DNA of 64,000 nt from Gammaproteobacteria bacterium (GCA_013287745.1 JABDDF010000003.1:1946-65945), one strand, 5' to 3'. Shown: positions 41,295 through 50,903, numbered from the stretch's first letter. Notes: generated by a model from the letters alone, not told the origin. Made by a program: numbers and translations.

Positions 41295-41385
41295 AGGCGG
41301 AGGCCTCGCTAGCGCCGTGACCACACAGTTACTTCGTACCTCAAAACATAACTGTGTGGTCACGGCGCTAGCGAGGCCTCCGCCT
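41295..41385. repeat. 37-bp perfect inverted repeat before the relaxase (oriT candidate or REP-like insertion)
   Basis: 41295-41331 is the reverse complement of 41349-41385; 17-bp loop. Confidence 0.85.
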
Positions 41386-41420
41386 GAAAGCACAGTGTTG
41401 TATGTGAGGAAAATAAAAAG

Positions 41421-42041
41421 ATGGGAATTCAATTATCAGAACGAGAGATGAGTATCCTTAAATTTATTAATGAATTTGGGTTTTGTGAAGTGTCTCATAT
41501 TATGCAGCGGTTTAATTTGGGAAGATCAACTTGCTATGAACAAATGAAAGTGTTGCGTCGATTTGAAATGCTGAATCATGCTGAAGTGCTTCCCAATTAT
41601 CCAGGGGTTTATTATCTCACAGTAAAGGCCGCAAGACTGCTTGATACTGACTTGCCTTACTTCTCACAAGTTCCTAGAAATGCTTATGTGCATCATATGG
41701 CAGTTCTTAGAACTTATCTAAAAGTAAAAACGGAATATCCAGCCTGTGAATGGATTACTGAACGCAGATTGATCCGGCAAAAATATGAAGATATGCCAGG
41801 GAGTAAAGAACATTTGCCTGATGGTATCGTTATTTTAACTGATGGAAGTTGGATTGCTATTGAAGTTGAATTAACGATGAAAGCCCGTCAACGCTTGATC
41901 ACTATTTTGTCTGATTATGCGGTTGATAAGTCTTTTAGCGAAGTTTGGTATTTTTGCTCACCGCATATCATGGCTGCAATCACAGAAGCAGCACTGTCAT
42001 TTCCCAAGATTAAAACATACTTAGTGGAGATAAATTCATGA
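41421..42041 (+). CDS. MOB_C-type (replication-relaxation family) relaxase
   Basis: N-terminal winged helix; PDG...IAIEVELTMK...R PD-(D/E)xK motif; coupled to the T4CP gene. Confidence 0.8.
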   Translation: MGIQLSEREMSILKFINEFGFCEVSHIMQRFNLGRSTCYEQMKVLRRFEMLNHAEVLPNYPGVYYLTVKAARLLDTDLPYFSQVPRNAYVHHMAVLRTYLKVKTEYPACEWITERRLIRQKYEDMPGSKEHLPDGIVILTDGSWIAIEVELTMKARQRLITILSDYAVDKSFSEVWYFCSPHIMAAITEAALSFPKIKTYLVEINS

Positions 42042-43762
42042 CGAGTGGAGAAGATAAGGTTAATGAATATATCAATTCGCATCCACGTGAAAGCCTATGG
42101 ATGTTCGTATTTGCTTTGATGCTGATTTGGCAAACGATACCGGCATTAATTGCATTAGCGTTATATGTTGTCTTGTTTAGGATATTAAAATTTAACCAAT
42201 GGATCATTATTGGCGTTGCAATATTGTTAGCGGTGGAAGCTGTTTATTTATCGCAATCATACTTATCAGTACATGCAGGCCTGACATTTATTAAAGATGG
42301 ATTTAAAGAAAATAAAATTGTATGGAAATTCATGCTTAGTAATCAGCCCTATCATGCTTTTTCATATGCTATTTATTATGGCAATTTGTACTTATTAGGC
42401 TCACCATTATTACTGTCTTGTCTATTAAACTTAGTTGGGCTTATTTCAAATAATCCACATGAAGCAGCGATGAGATCACTGCAAAAAGGGACTTGGCGCA
42501 ATGAAGAAAAAGAAATAAGTAATCGACAAATCGAGCGATCACTGAAAAAAATCAAAGAAGATCAATTTGCAGGAACAGTCTTGGGCGTATCAAAAATAAG
42601 CGGCAAAGCGGTCGTGATACCTGATTATTTCATCAATCAGATTGCATTGGTATTGGGTACAACGGGTAGCGGTAAGACCATTACTTTAAGGCGTTTCTAT
42701 CAACGTGCGATCATCAAGGGTTATCCTTTGATTGTGGTTGATGGCAAGCCAGATGAGGGAAATATCAATTGGCTGATCCAAATGGCGGGAAAATATAACA
42801 GGCCATTTATGGGATTTAACTGCGGCAATCATCTTTCCTATGATGCCCTTGCTAATGGAAATTTTACTGAACTCAAAGATAAAATCATTTGCTTAAAAGA
42901 CCAGTGGGAAAATGATTATTATCGTTCAATCGCGGAAGATTATTTGCAAACGACACTCGAAGTATTATTAAAAACAAATTGTGATTTAGAATTAAAGCGA
43001 GTTGTGGATTGCTTGAATTACACAAAATTAAAATTACTGGCGATTCAAACAAAGGATGAGAAATTGATTGAGCGCGTTAAGGAGCTCAAAAATTATGAAC
43101 GTAAAGATATCACAGGATTGCAGGCACATTTAAACATTTTAATTAATTCTGAATTAGGCCAGTATTTTGATAAGTCTGATAATTCATTTACCTTGACTGC
43201 GGCTATTCGTAAACAGGCTGTAGTATATTTTGCTTTACCTGCACTACGTTTTCCTAGTTTTGCAAAAGTATTAGGAAAATTAGTTATCAATGATATCAAA
43301 GCAGTCATTGATCGGCGGCAGCAAAATGCAAGTCCAGTGTTTGCGGTGTTTGACGAATTCTCTGTGTTTGCTGGGGAGCAAGTGTTGAATCTCGTGAATA
43401 TGGGCAGAGGGAAAGGCGTGCACGCGGTCTTTGGCACGCAGGGGCTTGCGGATTTGGATAAAATTGATGAGTCGTTTAAGAAGCAGGTTTTAAATTGCGT
43501 GAATACCTTGATATGCCACCGGCTCAACGATGTTGATAGCGCGGAGGCGGTAGCGAATTGGATTGGCACGAAGGATGCGTTTACTGTTACTGCGCAGCTT
43601 AATATGAGGGAAAGGGATGGGAGTATGGGGTCGGTGAGGGTGAATAAGGAGTATATCGTGCATCCTGATGTGATTAAGCAGGGGTTGAGGGTTGGAGAGG
43701 TAGTTTATGTGAGTAAAGTAGCTGGATTCCATCAGAATAAAGTTAAAGTGAAATTTATTTAA
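42038..43762 (+). CDS. virD4: Type IV coupling protein (TraD/VirD4 family)
   Basis: N-terminal TMs; GTTGSGKT, DGK, FDEF, GRGKG....GTQ. Confidence 0.9.
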   Translation: MTSGEDKVNEYINSHPRESLWMFVFALMLIWQTIPALIALALYVVLFRILKFNQWIIIGVAILLAVEAVYLSQSYLSVHAGLTFIKDGFKENKIVWKFMLSNQPYHAFSYAIYYGNLYLLGSPLLLSCLLNLVGLISNNPHEAAMRSLQKGTWRNEEKEISNRQIERSLKKIKEDQFAGTVLGVSKISGKAVVIPDYFINQIALVLGTTGSGKTITLRRFYQRAIIKGYPLIVVDGKPDEGNINWLIQMAGKYNRPFMGFNCGNHLSYDALANGNFTELKDKIICLKDQWENDYYRSIAEDYLQTTLEVLLKTNCDLELKRVVDCLNYTKLKLLAIQTKDEKLIERVKELKNYERKDITGLQAHLNILINSELGQYFDKSDNSFTLTAAIRKQAVVYFALPALRFPSFAKVLGKLVINDIKAVIDRRQQNASPVFAVFDEFSVFAGEQVLNLVNMGRGKGVHAVFGTQGLADLDKIDESFKKQVLNCVNTLICHRLNDVDSAEAVANWIGTKDAFTVTAQLNMRERDGSMGSVRVNKEYIVHPDVIKQGLRVGEVVYVSKVAGFHQNKVKVKFI

Positions 43763-43869
43763 AATATATAACGTAATTATTTGAAATTCATAGGATAATC
43801 CTTTAAGTATGCATATAAGATATACTGATGGAAGTTACATAGAATATCTTTAGAATAAGGAGGAGTATC

Positions 43870-44112
43870 ATGAACGTAACAAGGATTTTTATCTTTATTT
43901 TGATAATCTCATTCTCATTTTCATTTTCTGTTTTTGCAGATGAAAGTGTAAATGGGTATTACAGAAAAGATGGAACCTATGTGCAACCCTATCACCGTTC
44001 AAGCCCTAATAATACTGAAAATGACAATTGGTCTACCAAAGGAAATATTAATCCTTATACCGGAAAGGAGGGAACGAAAAATCCAGATAATAATTTGCAG
44101 AATAATTATTAG
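43870..44112 (+). CDS. Small secreted conserved hypothetical protein
   Basis: Signal peptide plus VNGYYRKDGTYVQPY.RS.PN...DNWSTKGN.NPYTGK motif. Confidence 0.8.
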   Translation: MNVTRIFIFILIISFSFSFSVFADESVNGYYRKDGTYVQPYHRSSPNNTENDNWSTKGNINPYTGKEGTKNPDNNLQNNY

Positions 44113-44145
44113 TAAAAAAATCTTAAATTTCCAAAAGGCACTATT

Positions 44146-45363
44146 ATGAGCCAGATTGTCGTGGGTTACATATGTTTATTTATTGTTTTTTTTGTAGATC
44201 AAATCCAACCATCATACGCTCAGAGCAGTGCATCAGATGACGTAAGGTCAAATGCTGAAAGTGTTTATGATTCTGTAAACCATTCAATATTTTTAGTTAA
44301 AAGTTTTGAAATGGGTTCAAAAGAATCATTTCAAGGTAGTGCTGTGGCTGTTGATAAAAATATTCTTGCGACAAATTGTCATGTAGCATTAGCTGGGAAC
44401 ATACTAGTTGTGTATCTTCCAAATAAAAAAGCAACAGGGTTTCTCTTTTACAATAAGGGCGATTTATGTTTAATAACAGTGGCAGATGCACAATTTACGC
44501 CTGTTAAAATTAGACCATCAAATAGTGTCAAAATTGGTGAAGAGGTTTATGCTGTTGGAAATCCAGAAGGGTTTGAAAAGTCAATCTCAAATGGGATTAT
44601 ATCGAATAAATATGAAAGTGATGGTATTGCTGTTCTACAGACTACCGCTGCGATTTCACCAGGGTCAAGTGGCGGTGGGTTATTCGATAAAAATGGTTCT
44701 TTAATTGGAATTACTTTTTTAAAAAATGAAGAAGTAGGGGCTGAAGGATTAGGTTTTGCAATTCCCACGGAATTAATTTTAGAAGCGATTTCTCCTGATG
44801 CTCAGCTATCGATTCAACCAAAGATATCAAATTCTTCGGAACAACTATTACCTGATAAATCACCTGAAAATAGCAATATAAGCATACCTATGCTTATTGG
44901 GCATTATGGTAATAGCAATATAGGTCTTTATCGTTGGAATAGTAGATGCTTCATTACCCTGCGAGGGGAATATAGGCCAAATGAAGTTACTAGTTTGGCA
45001 GTGTGGTTTCCTGCAAATTCAAATGGATTTTTTGTTTTCCCTGCGATAACTAAAATTAAAGATGTGGTGAGTGTATTTAATAAAATATATTCAAATGGAG
45101 ATCCAAGTTATGTTAAATCAAAAAATTATCTATTACTGGATAATCAATTATTTGATCTATCTTCTGTTTTAAATTCACGGACTATATTTCCAGTGCTGGT
45201 CTTTGCTGTTAATAAAGATTTAACAGAAAAGTTGATTGTAGATGATTATTTTTTAATTCAGCTATATCAATACCGTGGCCAATCAGGAATGACGACGATA
45301 AAATTTAATTTAGATGGATTCACTGAGGCTCTGAGTGCATATAATAATTCGTGCGATAAGTAG
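44146..45363 (+). CDS. Exported trypsin-like (S1C) serine protease with unknown C-terminal domain
   Basis: ATNCHV, DL, ISPGSSGGGL catalytic triad; no PDZ domain. Confidence 0.9.
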   Translation: MSQIVVGYICLFIVFFVDQIQPSYAQSSASDDVRSNAESVYDSVNHSIFLVKSFEMGSKESFQGSAVAVDKNILATNCHVALAGNILVVYLPNKKATGFLFYNKGDLCLITVADAQFTPVKIRPSNSVKIGEEVYAVGNPEGFEKSISNGIISNKYESDGIAVLQTTAAISPGSSGGGLFDKNGSLIGITFLKNEEVGAEGLGFAIPTELILEAISPDAQLSIQPKISNSSEQLLPDKSPENSNISIPMLIGHYGNSNIGLYRWNSRCFITLRGEYRPNEVTSLAVWFPANSNGFFVFPAITKIKDVVSVFNKIYSNGDPSYVKSKNYLLLDNQLFDLSSVLNSRTIFPVLVFAVNKDLTEKLIVDDYFLIQLYQYRGQSGMTTIKFNLDGFTEALSAYNNSCDK

Positions 45364-45470
45364 AACATGTCTAAGAAAACAGGGTTAGTTTGCACAATTG
45401 TATTGGTAATGAGCCTGTTTAATAGTATTTGACCTATGCGATTACTATATCATTCGTTCGATGAGCACCC

Positions 45471-45613
45471 CTACGCATTGACCCTGTAGTCGTTGAAAAA
45501 TGCCTCGCTTTATGGCCGCATACAATAAAAAAGAAATGTTGCCTGAATGAAACGAAGCGCTAAACGGATGGAGTCAACATATTGATATTCTAATCAATCA
45601 TGAAAATATACTC
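45471..45613 (+). pseudogene. C-terminal remnant of a second tyrosine integrase
   Basis: Reads IDPVVVEKCL / MAAYNKKEMLPE*NEALNGWSQHI, like integrase box II with a deletion and a stop. Confidence 0.55.
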
Positions 45614-45653
45614 GGTTTCAAACAAGCAATAAATTGTTAACCCCACCAAGCAT

Positions 45654-46343
45654 TTAAAAACCAATCTGAGTCTGTTTCGGTACGCGTATTGACGGCGGAA
45701 ACACCTTACTATTACCCGCTACGAGATATGCAATTGAAAATATAATTGGCGTTTTATCTTCCCCATTTTCGTTTGAAAGTTTCATTCGTCTAGTAGCAAT
45801 ACCAATCGTAATATCCATCTGATGAAGGTTATCTATAGCAGCTTGAAAATCTTTATCTATTTGAATTTTATCTACCGCGCTAAGATCACAGCAAACATCC
45901 ATATAATCCCTTATACAATCTTGTAATTGAGCAAAAATTTGGGACGGCTCATCTGCCAACTCAGTATATTCATGAACCTGCATTGCGTGAGTACCTTCAA
46001 TTAACCCACGCAACTTCCTGCCTGACAATCGATTTTCCAAAAGAACAAGCGTAGTTGTATCATTTAATTTTCTTTCCTCTTCCATAATTTTTTCTTCATT
46101 AGGAAATGGCAAAGGCTTATTAAATGCATCAATGTCTTCCCATTCAAAAGCCTTTGCCAACGCGCGCCTTGTATCCAGTTCAGATGGTTCCGCTTTCTCT
46201 ACTCTTTGTATCGTCCGAACACTGAGACGAGCACACTCTGCTAAGACCTCTTGCGACCAGCCTCGTAGCTCTCGTAAATTAGTTATGACCTTCGCAAGCT
46301 CCTCTGGCGTTAAGCATCGCATTTCTACTAAAGTATCTATCAT
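45654..46343 (-). CDS. XRE-family HTH protein with uncharacterised C-terminal domain
   Basis: LRELRGWSQEVLAECARLSVRTIQRVE. Confidence 0.85.
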   Translation of the reverse strand: MIDTLVEMRCLTPEELAKVITNLRELRGWSQEVLAECARLSVRTIQRVEKAEPSELDTRRALAKAFEWEDIDAFNKPLPFPNEEKIMEEERKLNDTTTLVLLENRLSGRKLRGLIEGTHAMQVHEYTELADEPSQIFAQLQDCIRDYMDVCCDLSAVDKIQIDKDFQAAIDNLHQMDITIGIATRRMKLSNENGEDKTPIIFSIAYLVAGNSKVFPPSIRVPKQTQIGF

Positions 46344-46512
46344 TTTAAAAACCTCATTTGTGATTGAATTCTATCTCAGCTTAGCTTGAAAAAAAAATCA
46401 AACAACGACAGTCACATGACAGTAAAACGGCAGCAGATTATATTAAAAATGATCAAATCGCAGAGTGTATTGATTTTAAAGGAATTAAATGGCTCATCGC
46501 TTACGCCAGCCT

Positions 46513-47184
46513 CTAAGAAGGTGGTGCAGTTCTTCTATGCCATCGCCAATCAGAAGGATTTGAACCATTTTCTGGTAAATCAAAAAGCTCCCAAAAATCT
46601 CTTGCAACCCTTGGATAGTGCCCACTCTCAAAATTACTATCTCGATCAAACCAAAAAAACAGCATTATATTCAGAATTTCTTTTGACTTAGCAACTATCG
46701 ACTGAACGTCGCGCCAATCCGCTCGTATATTATCGTGGTCAAGCTGAGAACCATCCTCTTCAGTAGCTCTAATTTCAAGATGGGCATAATATTTATCGCT
46801 AAAATTGCGGAACTTTTCCTGATACTTGGTCTTAAGGGAATCAAGATCATTGTACACCTTTTCAAATTCCTCTTTATGAGCAATACCTTGTGGTGGAAAT
46901 TTAACAGCAAGGTCTTTTATCTGTTTGTAGATTTCGCTTATAGAAATGTTTAAATAGCCACCATGAGACTCATCAAAACAATACCGCCCAAGCTGTCCAT
47001 ATATGTGAAAAGCAAGCTCTGAAAGCATCATGGAAAGCCCTGTGGTTCGGTGCGTAATTAGAAATTGACCAGGTTGATAATAATGATCAACCATTTCAAT
47101 CAAAAAGCTTATCCTTGTAAACTTTTTTTCAAGCAACTTTAGGCCATTTGAAATATCCTCAAGAGTAAATTTGCTATTTGACAT
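46513..47184 (-). CDS. Helical protein resembling HEPN AbiU2-type domain
   Basis: FRNFSDKYYAH resembles the Rx4-6H HEPN motif. Confidence 0.55.
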   Translation of the reverse strand: MSNSKFTLEDISNGLKLLEKKFTRISFLIEMVDHYYQPGQFLITHRTTGLSMMLSELAFHIYGQLGRYCFDESHGGYLNISISEIYKQIKDLAVKFPPQGIAHKEEFEKVYNDLDSLKTKYQEKFRNFSDKYYAHLEIRATEEDGSQLDHDNIRADWRDVQSIVAKSKEILNIMLFFWFDRDSNFESGHYPRVARDFWELFDLPENGSNPSDWRWHRRTAPPS

Positions 47185-48023
47185 ATCTTTTCCTTAATTG
47201 GATTCTTTTTAGGTGCCAAGTCATCCCATAAAACAACTTCGATATTTGGATTAATTTCGTTAATATATTTAGCATGACGCAGGTCATGAGTAACATAAAC
47301 CGCACAATAAGATGCTTCGATCAGCTGAAGTCCATCAGTGAACCTATCTTCTGCAGGCACATCACCACTCGCAGCAAACTTAAACTCAATATATAGCTGC
47401 GTGTAGATAAAACACCTCAAAGCTGGCATTGTATTTAAATTATTCAAAATTAGCGCAGCATCGCTTTCATCAACTGATACAGCCTCTTCAGTGATCGCTG
47501 AGAACCTCTTAACTAAACCCTGAACCATAGCGCTAGGATTCTGAAAACAGTATTTTACATAATCAGAAAATGTGGCGCCTCGAATTCCAGGTATAGTCAC
47601 CATTTTTGTTTTGTCCCAACCTTTACGCATAGTGTCGTAGGAATCCTGCCTTGCTCGAATAAAATTTTCTGAACTAAAACTGCCGTTAGCATAGTTCAAG
47701 ACACGTCGACGAATCTTCTCTTTAAACTCTGGTGGAGCAAGAAAATCTTCCGCAGCAATAATTTTTTTAATTTTTCTATATTCCATTTCATACATGAAGC
47801 TACGCTTACACGTATATTCAGGATCCAATTCTAGTAAAATTTTAAAAAATTTTTTTACCCTGTCTTCACCATTTAAATAATCCTTGCTTAATTCAAATGT
47901 TGTATGTGGCCCAAGAATAGGAATCAAATTTTTCTTTTTAAGTAGTGCTCGAAGCTCGCAACCAGTCAACAAATTTTTTTGACATTGATTAATGATACTT
48001 GTATCCAAAAATGCTAAACGCAT
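47139..48023 (-). CDS. PIN-like nuclease-domain protein
   Basis: AFLDTSII at N-terminus, T.FEL, D..Q..EASY...VT.D near C-terminus. Confidence 0.65.
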   Translation of the reverse strand: MRLAFLDTSIINQCQKNLLTGCELRALLKKKNLIPILGPHTTFELSKDYLNGEDRVKKFFKILLELDPEYTCKRSFMYEMEYRKIKKIIAAEDFLAPPEFKEKIRRRVLNYANGSFSSENFIRARQDSYDTMRKGWDKTKMVTIPGIRGATFSDYVKYCFQNPSAMVQGLVKRFSAITEEAVSVDESDAALILNNLNTMPALRCFIYTQLYIEFKFAASGDVPAEDRFTDGLQLIEASYCAVYVTHDLRHAKYINEINPNIEVVLWDDLAPKKNPIKEKICQIANLLLRIFQMA

Positions 48024-48275
48024 TTAGCAACCTCATAGAAGATCGGTAAAATAAGCTTAAAGCAGGCAAAACAAGCGGGAAAATATACTTGTCATTACTG
48101 AAAAAAGCTATAACAATTAATTATTATCTCACGTACAAAATACTAAGGCCAAGTTATTTCGACGGAGGAGTGGGGATTTCTTCTTATAGAAAAATTAATC
48201 AAAAAATAATTTATAATGTAATACCCATCAATTTGTTTCAATCACTCTCTCTAAAAACCAGTCCCGCGGCCGTCC

Positions 48276-48402
48276 GCCTTTCCTCCTGCTCAGTCAGCGT
48301 ATCACACCCGATCACCTTGACAAGGGCTGCGCGAGTCGCAAAAAACGCGACCCTTGTCAACGCGCTGCGGGCGTGACGCTCTCCTTACGCAGTCAGAAAG
48401 GC
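48276..48402 (+). promoter_or_regulatory. GC-rich foldback upstream of ardA (Frpo-like ssDNA promoter candidate)
   Basis: ttgacaaggg...cccttgtcaa core stem containing TTGACA, plus outer imperfect stems. Confidence 0.55.
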
Positions 48403-48436
48403 TGCAACATCGTAAATAATTCATTAGGAGAAAATC

Positions 48437-48949
48437 ATGTCATTATTAAAACCAAGAATTTACATAGCTTGTTTAGCAGCATATAACAACGGATATTTAC
48501 ACGGTGAATGGATTGATGCAAATCAAGATTCTGATTCATTGTTTGAAGAAGTTAAAAAGATATTAGCAGCAAGCCCAATTCCAGATGCAGAAGAATTTGC
48601 CATTCACGATTATGAAGATTTTGGTGATGTTCATATCAATGAATATACAGGATTGGAAACTGTTTCTGCATTAGCAAGTTTTATTGCTGAGCATGATGAG
48701 CTTGGTGCTGCTGTGCTTTCTCATTGCGATGGTAATTTTGATGATGCGCTTCGATTATTAGATGACTGCTATCATGGTGAGTTTAATAGCGAAGAAGATT
48801 TTGCAATTTCACTTGCAGAAGATACTATGACAATACCTGATCATCTTTCTTATTATATTGATTACGAGAAAATGGCGCGTGATTTATTTATCAATGATTT
48901 TTTTTCAATTGAAATAAATCATAAAACGCATGTGTTTAGTTATTGTTAA
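48437..48949 (+). CDS. ardA: Antirestriction protein ArdA
   Basis: RIYIACLAAYNNGYLHGEWID, EEFAIHDYE, YIDYEKMARD; highly acidic. Confidence 0.95.
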   Translation: MSLLKPRIYIACLAAYNNGYLHGEWIDANQDSDSLFEEVKKILAASPIPDAEEFAIHDYEDFGDVHINEYTGLETVSALASFIAEHDELGAAVLSHCDGNFDDALRLLDDCYHGEFNSEEDFAISLAEDTMTIPDHLSYYIDYEKMARDLFINDFFSIEINHKTHVFSYC

Positions 48950-48960
48950 TTAGTATTGAT

Positions 48961-48986
48961 GAAGGGAAGCGCTTAGCTTCCCTTTC
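48961..48986 (+). terminator. Intrinsic terminator after ardA
   Basis: aagggaagc-gctta-gcttccctt followed by a T-rich tract. Confidence 0.7.
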
Positions 48987-49078
48987 TTTATATTTTTCTA
49001 TAAACTTATAGAAAGGATATATATAAGGAGGTCAATTTATAATGAGATATAGGTTATTATGCGGGAAGACAAATCTAT

Positions 49079-49567
49079 ATGAATGATAATGGAAGTTATC
49101 AGAGTGTAAATCATTCAATTTTATTGCACATAGAAATCATTAATATCCCTAGTGATATCGATTCGATTTATCACTTTTATATATATCAAGATTGGGTCAA
49201 TATGTTCAGAATTCGCTATGGTTTTGATGTGCCACCTCCCAAAGGATACAAGAAAGTGCGAATAGATTCAGCTAGGCATCATGCAGGTCAAAAACATATC
49301 CATATTTATGTTGATGAAAATGATGAATATGTATCTATCAATAAAGATGGTAGTTGACATCATAAACAAGGTGAAGAATTCATGCTTCCTAAGGACTTAT
49401 ATGAATGGATAGTAAAAAACTTTCCAGACTTTAATTTGCCATCAGATCGAATAATTCGCTATGGTGAATTGTCTTCTCCTCCAATGATGGAGCCTTCCAT
49501 TATTATTGACATTACTACCCCAAAAATTTTTGATTATGATTATGGGGTAAGATTGTTTTTACCTTAG
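49079..49567 (+). pseudogene. Single gene split by an in-frame TGA (49355-49357)
   Basis: ORFs 49079 and 49382 are in the same frame: ...KHIHIY...SINKDGS*HHKQGEEFMLPK...FPDFNLP. Confidence 0.7.
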
Positions 49568-49702
49568 TCTTGAAATTAGATTTCCAAAATTGATTTACTT
49601 TTGATTAATTCAATTATATAAACTAATTTTTATATTTTTTAGCTCAAAATAAAAAAATAATGCTAAAAATCTAGTGATAGTGAGAGTTGCTCCGCTAGAG
49701 GA

Positions 49703-50230
49703 TTATTTTCTATCAAACAACGCATCTGTCTTCTCAGCAAGAACACCACCACTAATCGTTCCCTTATAAAAACCAGCTTTTCTATTAACCTCCGCAGCAC
49801 TAATATCAATTTGATTCCATCCATGAGTTTTTAAATACTCAATTGATGTAGCAAATACCATTCTTGAAATACCTGCCCAGGCAATTGCACTTTGGCACAT
49901 GGAGCAGGGCTCAGCTGTAGTATATAAGGTTACTTTAGACCAGTTAATATTCGGATATTTTCTCGCGCAATTATTAATAGCCACCATTTCGCCGTGGTAA
50001 GTAGGATTTATTTTACTTGCATTAAGCCCTTCCGCAATTATTTTTCCTGTCTCATTATCAACAATGAGAGCAGCAAATGGAGCTTTTGGATTATGCTTAG
50101 CTAATTGCATGGCTATTTGCATGTAATATTTGTCACGTCCATTTTTAAGACCGCTGTTCATACTGGCTGAATAACATTGCGTGCTATAGATCATAAAAAA
50201 GAAGATTGCGATCAAATTAATTTTTTTCAT
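49703..50230 (-). CDS. Zn-dependent nucleoside/nucleotide deaminase with signal peptide
   Basis: HGE and EPCSMC motifs; MKKINLIAIFFF... leader. Confidence 0.9.
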   Translation of the reverse strand: MKKINLIAIFFFMIYSTQCYSASMNSGLKNGRDKYYMQIAMQLAKHNPKAPFAALIVDNETGKIIAEGLNASKINPTYHGEMVAINNCARKYPNINWSKVTLYTTAEPCSMCQSAIAWAGISRMVFATSIEYLKTHGWNQIDISAAEVNRKAGFYKGTISGGVLAEKTDALFDRK

Positions 50231-50724
50231 TTTTCCGTATCTCCGCTTGCTAGGAATATCATGACAAACATAATTAGGCTTATAAATAAACCCGCTTTTC
50301 CCTGTCCATTCCAGGTTGATGATTGCCACATGCTAAACCATTCTCCACCGATGATGATAAAGCCAAGCATATATAATGCAAAACCAAAGAATAAACCAAT
50401 ATAGGCTATTTTCTTTGCTTCATTAAAGTGATTATTTCTTTCTTTTATTTTTGCGAATAAAGCAATGCAGCCAATCCAGCAGAATAGTGCTGTCAATATT
50501 TCCCACGCGATAATGGCGTAATAAGCATATCTCTGGATGATTGGATTAGTAATAGCTCTTTGCATAAGAACTGGCTCATGAAAAGTCGTATCCATACTTA
50601 ATACATGTTGTACGAATAACCAATTGCTATTGAAGTCAATAATGTTGTCAAACGCAACAAGAGTAAAAAATAATGCGATTGATGCAAGCATGCAGATTTT
50701 GATAAGTCGTAGGCTAAGTTCCAT
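50227..50724 (-). CDS. DUF2165-type integral membrane protein
   Basis: N..FVQHVLSMDT, IGGEWFSMWQS..WNG. Confidence 0.85.
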   Translation of the reverse strand: MELSLRLIKICMLASIALFFTLVAFDNIIDFNSNWLFVQHVLSMDTTFHEPVLMQRAITNPIIQRYAYYAIIAWEILTALFCWIGCIALFAKIKERNNHFNEAKKIAYIGLFFGFALYMLGFIIIGGEWFSMWQSSTWNGQGKAGLFISLIMFVMIFLASGDTEK

Positions 50725-50819
50725 TTGTGTATTCCACGTCGTATTTATCTTTGCGTTTAACTCTAGTAGGGATCGTTTTATTACGCAATAGCTAGCGTTT
50801 AACAGTGGCACAATATGTA

Positions 50820-50847
50820 TTGATTTAATGTATACATATAGTATCAT
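50820..50847 (+). promoter_or_regulatory. xis-int promoter overlapped by a repressor-type operator
   Basis: TTGATT-N16-TATCAT containing tatacatatagtatc. Confidence 0.6.
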
Positions 50848-50903
50848 CACTTTTAGCCTTACTATCAAAACTAAATTTTAGACAATAATTACTCGAGGAC
50901 AGT

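Noticed and set aside
49355-49357. Selenocysteine or recoded TGA
   Set aside because: No evident SECIS hairpin or Cys context, and TGA acts as a normal stop elsewhere in the window
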